The notes under the pieces are model-generated. The model was not told the DNA's origin and did not search any database. It saw only the letters and a program-made list of their open reading frames with translations. The translations under genes were made by a program, and so were the position numbers. DNA of 64,000 nt from an uncultured Gemmatimonadales bacterium (GTDB lineage: Bacteria > Gemmatimonadota > Gemmatimonadetes > Gemmatimonadales > GWC2-71-9): NCBI GenBank assembly GCA_963748815.1, contig CAVVKJ010000005.1, positions 32,001 to 96,000 on the forward strand, given 5' to 3'. How positions within the stretch are numbered: the stretch's first letter is position 1; each line of letters starts with the position of its first letter. Below are positions 61,276-64,000 of this stretch, piece after piece.

Positions 61276-61341
61276 CTGCGTGCTCCCAGGTAGGTATGGT
61301 GCACCGTGGAAAGGGTCCGCGATCTCGCCAGCTGCAGCAAT

Positions 61342-63816
61342 CTAGAACATGAACCCGGTACTTAACCAGAGCGACGAGCCCTGCGGGCTCCCGACGACGG
61401 TCATCACCCCGCCAAGCGAGCGGTCGGGCAGCGCAAACCAGATGCCGCCACCGGCGCTGCCGTGCCAGATGTTGTCATCGTCGTCCGTGTTGAAGACCCG
61501 CCCGAGATCCCCGATCCCCACCACGCCGAACTGCCACGGGACCACGAAGGGGAAGGTCGCGACGTGCACGCGCAGTTCGGCGTTGCCGAACGCCGACGCC
61601 TCGCCGGCGTAGCGCCCCGACTCGTATCCCCGCACCGTGTTGGAGCCGCCGATGAACGCCGCCTCGTGCACCGGCGGATCGCCCATGGTCAGGCGGCCGC
61701 TCACGCGCGTGGCGAGCGTGATCCGGGACAGTTCGGGAAGGGTCAGGTACGTGGCGACGGAGGCCTGCATGGCGCCGAACGGGGTGCCGGATCCGAAGAC
61801 GAACGGATAGAAGCTCCCGCCCGCGGAGAGGTACATCCCGGTGCGGGTGAACCCGGCGGCATCGCGCGTGTCGTAGATGGCGGTCGCCGCCACCCCCAGC
61901 TGGGCAAACTCCGGCACGCCGTAGGGCCGGGTCAGGTTGATGTAGTTGTAGGAGACCGTGTCCGTCCGCACGTGCTTGTACACCGGACCGACCGCGACGT
62001 GGCTGTTCGGGGTCATGCGGTAGTTCCACGCCGGGTACACGTAGAGCTGGCGCTGCCGCGCGAGGTAGAAATCGGCGGGTTGCGTGAACGGGGTCTCGTT
62101 GCCGTACCCGAAGAAGTGGAGCACGGCGATCTCGGACAGTCCCGCGTTGAGGGTGAGCGCCTCGCGCGACCGCCAGCGCCGGAATTCCCCCTTGACCTCG
62201 ATCGCGTAGTTGTTCGTCGCGGTCGCATAGCCGGACCGGAAGACCAGCTTGCGATAGTACGGATTGAACCCCGACCGATAGGTGGTGAGCGTGATGCCCC
62301 CGCCGATCAGGAGTCCGACGTCCGAATTGACGTCGAACCAGATGTTCGGGCCGACATCGGTCCCGTGCAGCGGCACCGGGGGAGGGCGCGTGAGGTCGAG
62401 ATCTTCCGCTTCCGGCACCCGGAGGGTGTCCAGTACCACCTCGGCGCGGGTCTTGTCGAATTTCGAGGTGGCGCCGTAGACCGTCGTGCGCTGGCCGGAG
62501 CCGCGCGCCCCCGTCACCGTGAGTCCCGGCCGCCAGGCGATGTCCAGCAGCGGCCCCGCCAGGCCCGGCCCCTCGAGCTCGATTCTGTCGGCGCCCCCGC
62601 CCAGGTAGAGCGCCACGGCGTCGGTCTCCCCCGGGCCGTACCACCGCCGGTAGCCAGCCCGAAACGCGAGCGTGAGCGATCCGTCGCTCCCGCGCGTCAC
62701 CGTGACCGTGTCGGCGTCCGGCGTGCCGAAGAAGGCCGCCTCCTGGTTCACCAGTCGATAGAGTCCCCATGCGGCCTTGGGCAGCAGGTCGCGCCGTGCG
62801 CGCAAGGCGGACGCGAGCGGTTTGGCGCCAGCCCGGGCGTAGGCCGTGGGGAGCCGCGCCACCGCGGCATCGATCGCAGAATCGGTCAGTGCCGCCTGGA
62901 ACGCGACCGTCACCGAATCCCATGCCGCCCAGTCGAGCAGCGCGAGCAACTGCCGGTCGAGGGTGCGCTGGTAGCTCATCACGCCGAGACGTTCCTGGTA
63001 GTCCACGCCGAAGTTGACGAAGGCCGGCACCTTGCCGCGGGCCAGCCCGGCCAGGAATCCGTCGTACCTGGCGAACGCCCGCTCGCGATCCCGCGGCGCC
63101 GGAGTCCACCGCCCGGAGGGTTCCTGCCGCGTCCAGCGCCATTCCGCGGGACGATCATCAACCGAGCCGACGTAGGTGTCGAAGAGGCGCTCGCGCAGAT
63201 ACGCCAGGGCGTCCACGCCACGCCCGCCGCCGGCGCGGAGGCTGTCGAGCACCTCGCCGGTGGATCGGCCCTCCGTGGCGGCCGCGACCAGGTACCCGAG
63301 TTCGCCGGCTGCAGCAGTGGGGGTCGTGTCGACCAGTCGCACCAGCTCCGTGCTCGCGACCTGAAGGCCGACCGCCTCGGCGAGCGAGGCGACGACTGGC
63401 CCCGCGCCGGGGTGCCGGGACGCGTTCAGGCCCTGGATGACCGACGGCAGGAGATTCTGGCGGATGACGGCGGGGGTCGCCGCGACGAGGTCGCGGTCCA
63501 GCGGGCGGTATTCCCAGAGCGTCCCGTCCGGGGACCAGAACCAGCGGGTGCCGGTCCGAGCCGCGGTGTCCGCGCTGCCCGCCGAGAAGTCCCGCGGCAG
63601 GGCGGGCGCCGCGACCGGGGTGGCCCAAAGTGATCGGTAGCGGCTGCCGTACAGCACTTGCTCCACGCCCGCGAACATGCCATGGAACCGGTACTCGGTG
63701 CCGGCCGGAACAAGGCTATCGGCGCGGTCCTGCGCCGCCGAGTCTGGGGGAGCGATGAGCAGGAGGAGCAGCACGCCCGGGAGCCACTTCCACATCGCGC
63801 ACGAGGGGGCCGGCAT
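61342..63816 (-). CDS. Omp85/TamA-family outer-membrane protein with a large N-terminal domain
   Basis: IGGSNTVRGY, RYAG..FGNAELR, DLGRV, GGGIW, terminal GFMF. Start at 63816 or 63795. Confidence 0.8.
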   Translation of the reverse strand: MPAPSCAMWKWLPGVLLLLLIAPPDSAAQDRADSLVPAGTEYRFHGMFAGVEQVLYGSRYRSLWATPVAAPALPRDFSAGSADTAARTGTRWFWSPDGTLWEYRPLDRDLVAATPAVIRQNLLPSVIQGLNASRHPGAGPVVASLAEAVGLQVASTELVRLVDTTPTAAAGELGYLVAAATEGRSTGEVLDSLRAGGGRGVDALAYLRERLFDTYVGSVDDRPAEWRWTRQEPSGRWTPAPRDRERAFARYDGFLAGLARGKVPAFVNFGVDYQERLGVMSYQRTLDRQLLALLDWAAWDSVTVAFQAALTDSAIDAAVARLPTAYARAGAKPLASALRARRDLLPKAAWGLYRLVNQEAAFFGTPDADTVTVTRGSDGSLTLAFRAGYRRWYGPGETDAVALYLGGGADRIELEGPGLAGPLLDIAWRPGLTVTGARGSGQRTTVYGATSKFDKTRAEVVLDTLRVPEAEDLDLTRPPPVPLHGTDVGPNIWFDVNSDVGLLIGGGITLTTYRSGFNPYYRKLVFRSGYATATNNYAIEVKGEFRRWRSREALTLNAGLSEIAVLHFFGYGNETPFTQPADFYLARQRQLYVYPAWNYRMTPNSHVAVGPVYKHVRTDTVSYNYINLTRPYGVPEFAQLGVAATAIYDTRDAAGFTRTGMYLSAGGSFYPFVFGSGTPFGAMQASVATYLTLPELSRITLATRVSGRLTMGDPPVHEAAFIGGSNTVRGYESGRYAGEASAFGNAELRVHVATFPFVVPWQFGVVGIGDLGRVFNTDDDDNIWHGSAGGGIWFALPDRSLGGVMTVVGSPQGSSLWLSTGFMF

Positions 63817-64000
63817 CAATCCCGCGCGGTACCCAGCTCCGACCACGGTCCACCGAGCGCCTTGTAGAGCCGCACCCCGCTGGCCAGCTGCAACGCCTGC
63901 ACCTGGGCGAGGCTCAGTTCAGCGTTGAAGAGCGTCCGCTGGGCGTCCAACACTTCGAGATAGGTGGACAGTCCGTTCTCGTAGCGGTGCTGGACCAGCA
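63816..64000 (-). CDS. C-terminus of a NodT/OprM-family efflux outer-membrane factor (partial)
   Basis: Manual translation ..RYENGLSTYLEVLDAQRTLF..LYKALGGPW..*. Confidence 0.88.
   Translation of the reverse strand, partial: LVQHRYENGLSTYLEVLDAQRTLFNAELSLAQVQALQLASGVRLYKALGGPWSELGTARD

Overview
A GC-rich (roughly two-thirds GC by eye), gene-dense diderm bacterial chromosome segment, probably near the origin. The gene content suggests Gemmatimonadota, but that is inference only. In order, it holds: a partial ferredoxin; an ABC-2 exporter; mnmG; two parS sites; parAB; an M23 peptidase/bactofilin pair; a BMP-type nucleoside ABC system with a Nif3 gene; aquaporin; DinB; arginase; a PLC-like membrane protein with a cholesterol-oxidase-like GMC enzyme; an M66-like lipoprotein protease; an APC permease; queG; NDH-2; a DUF481/class-V aminotransferase/LOG/deoxyhypusine-synthase-like/MFS run; copZ-copA-csoR; a GAF protein; a full kdp operon with an extra peptide and a porin; an ATPase-less metal-uptake operon; mazEF; an hcrCAB-like molybdoenzyme; and an Omp85-family protein. 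I found no rRNA, tRNA, CRISPR array, transposase or phage genes. Six genes each carry a single +1 frameshift, most likely sequencing errors. The best candidate for a new system is a His-rich exported leader peptide ending in the ribosome-arrest motif RAPP (54788-55123). It is followed by a perfect anti-Shine-Dalgarno sequence that can occlude the ribosome-binding site of a porin-ZnuA-ZnuB-like operon, suggesting a SecM/CruR-like metal-sensing translational switch. Other leads are a ~280-nt two-armed structured element inside the hcr-like operon, a REP palindrome translated in frame in the Mo subunit, a Glu-to-Gln change at the molybdoenzyme catalytic site, and a MazF lacking its catalytic Thr. 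All calls were made by eye, without database searches.
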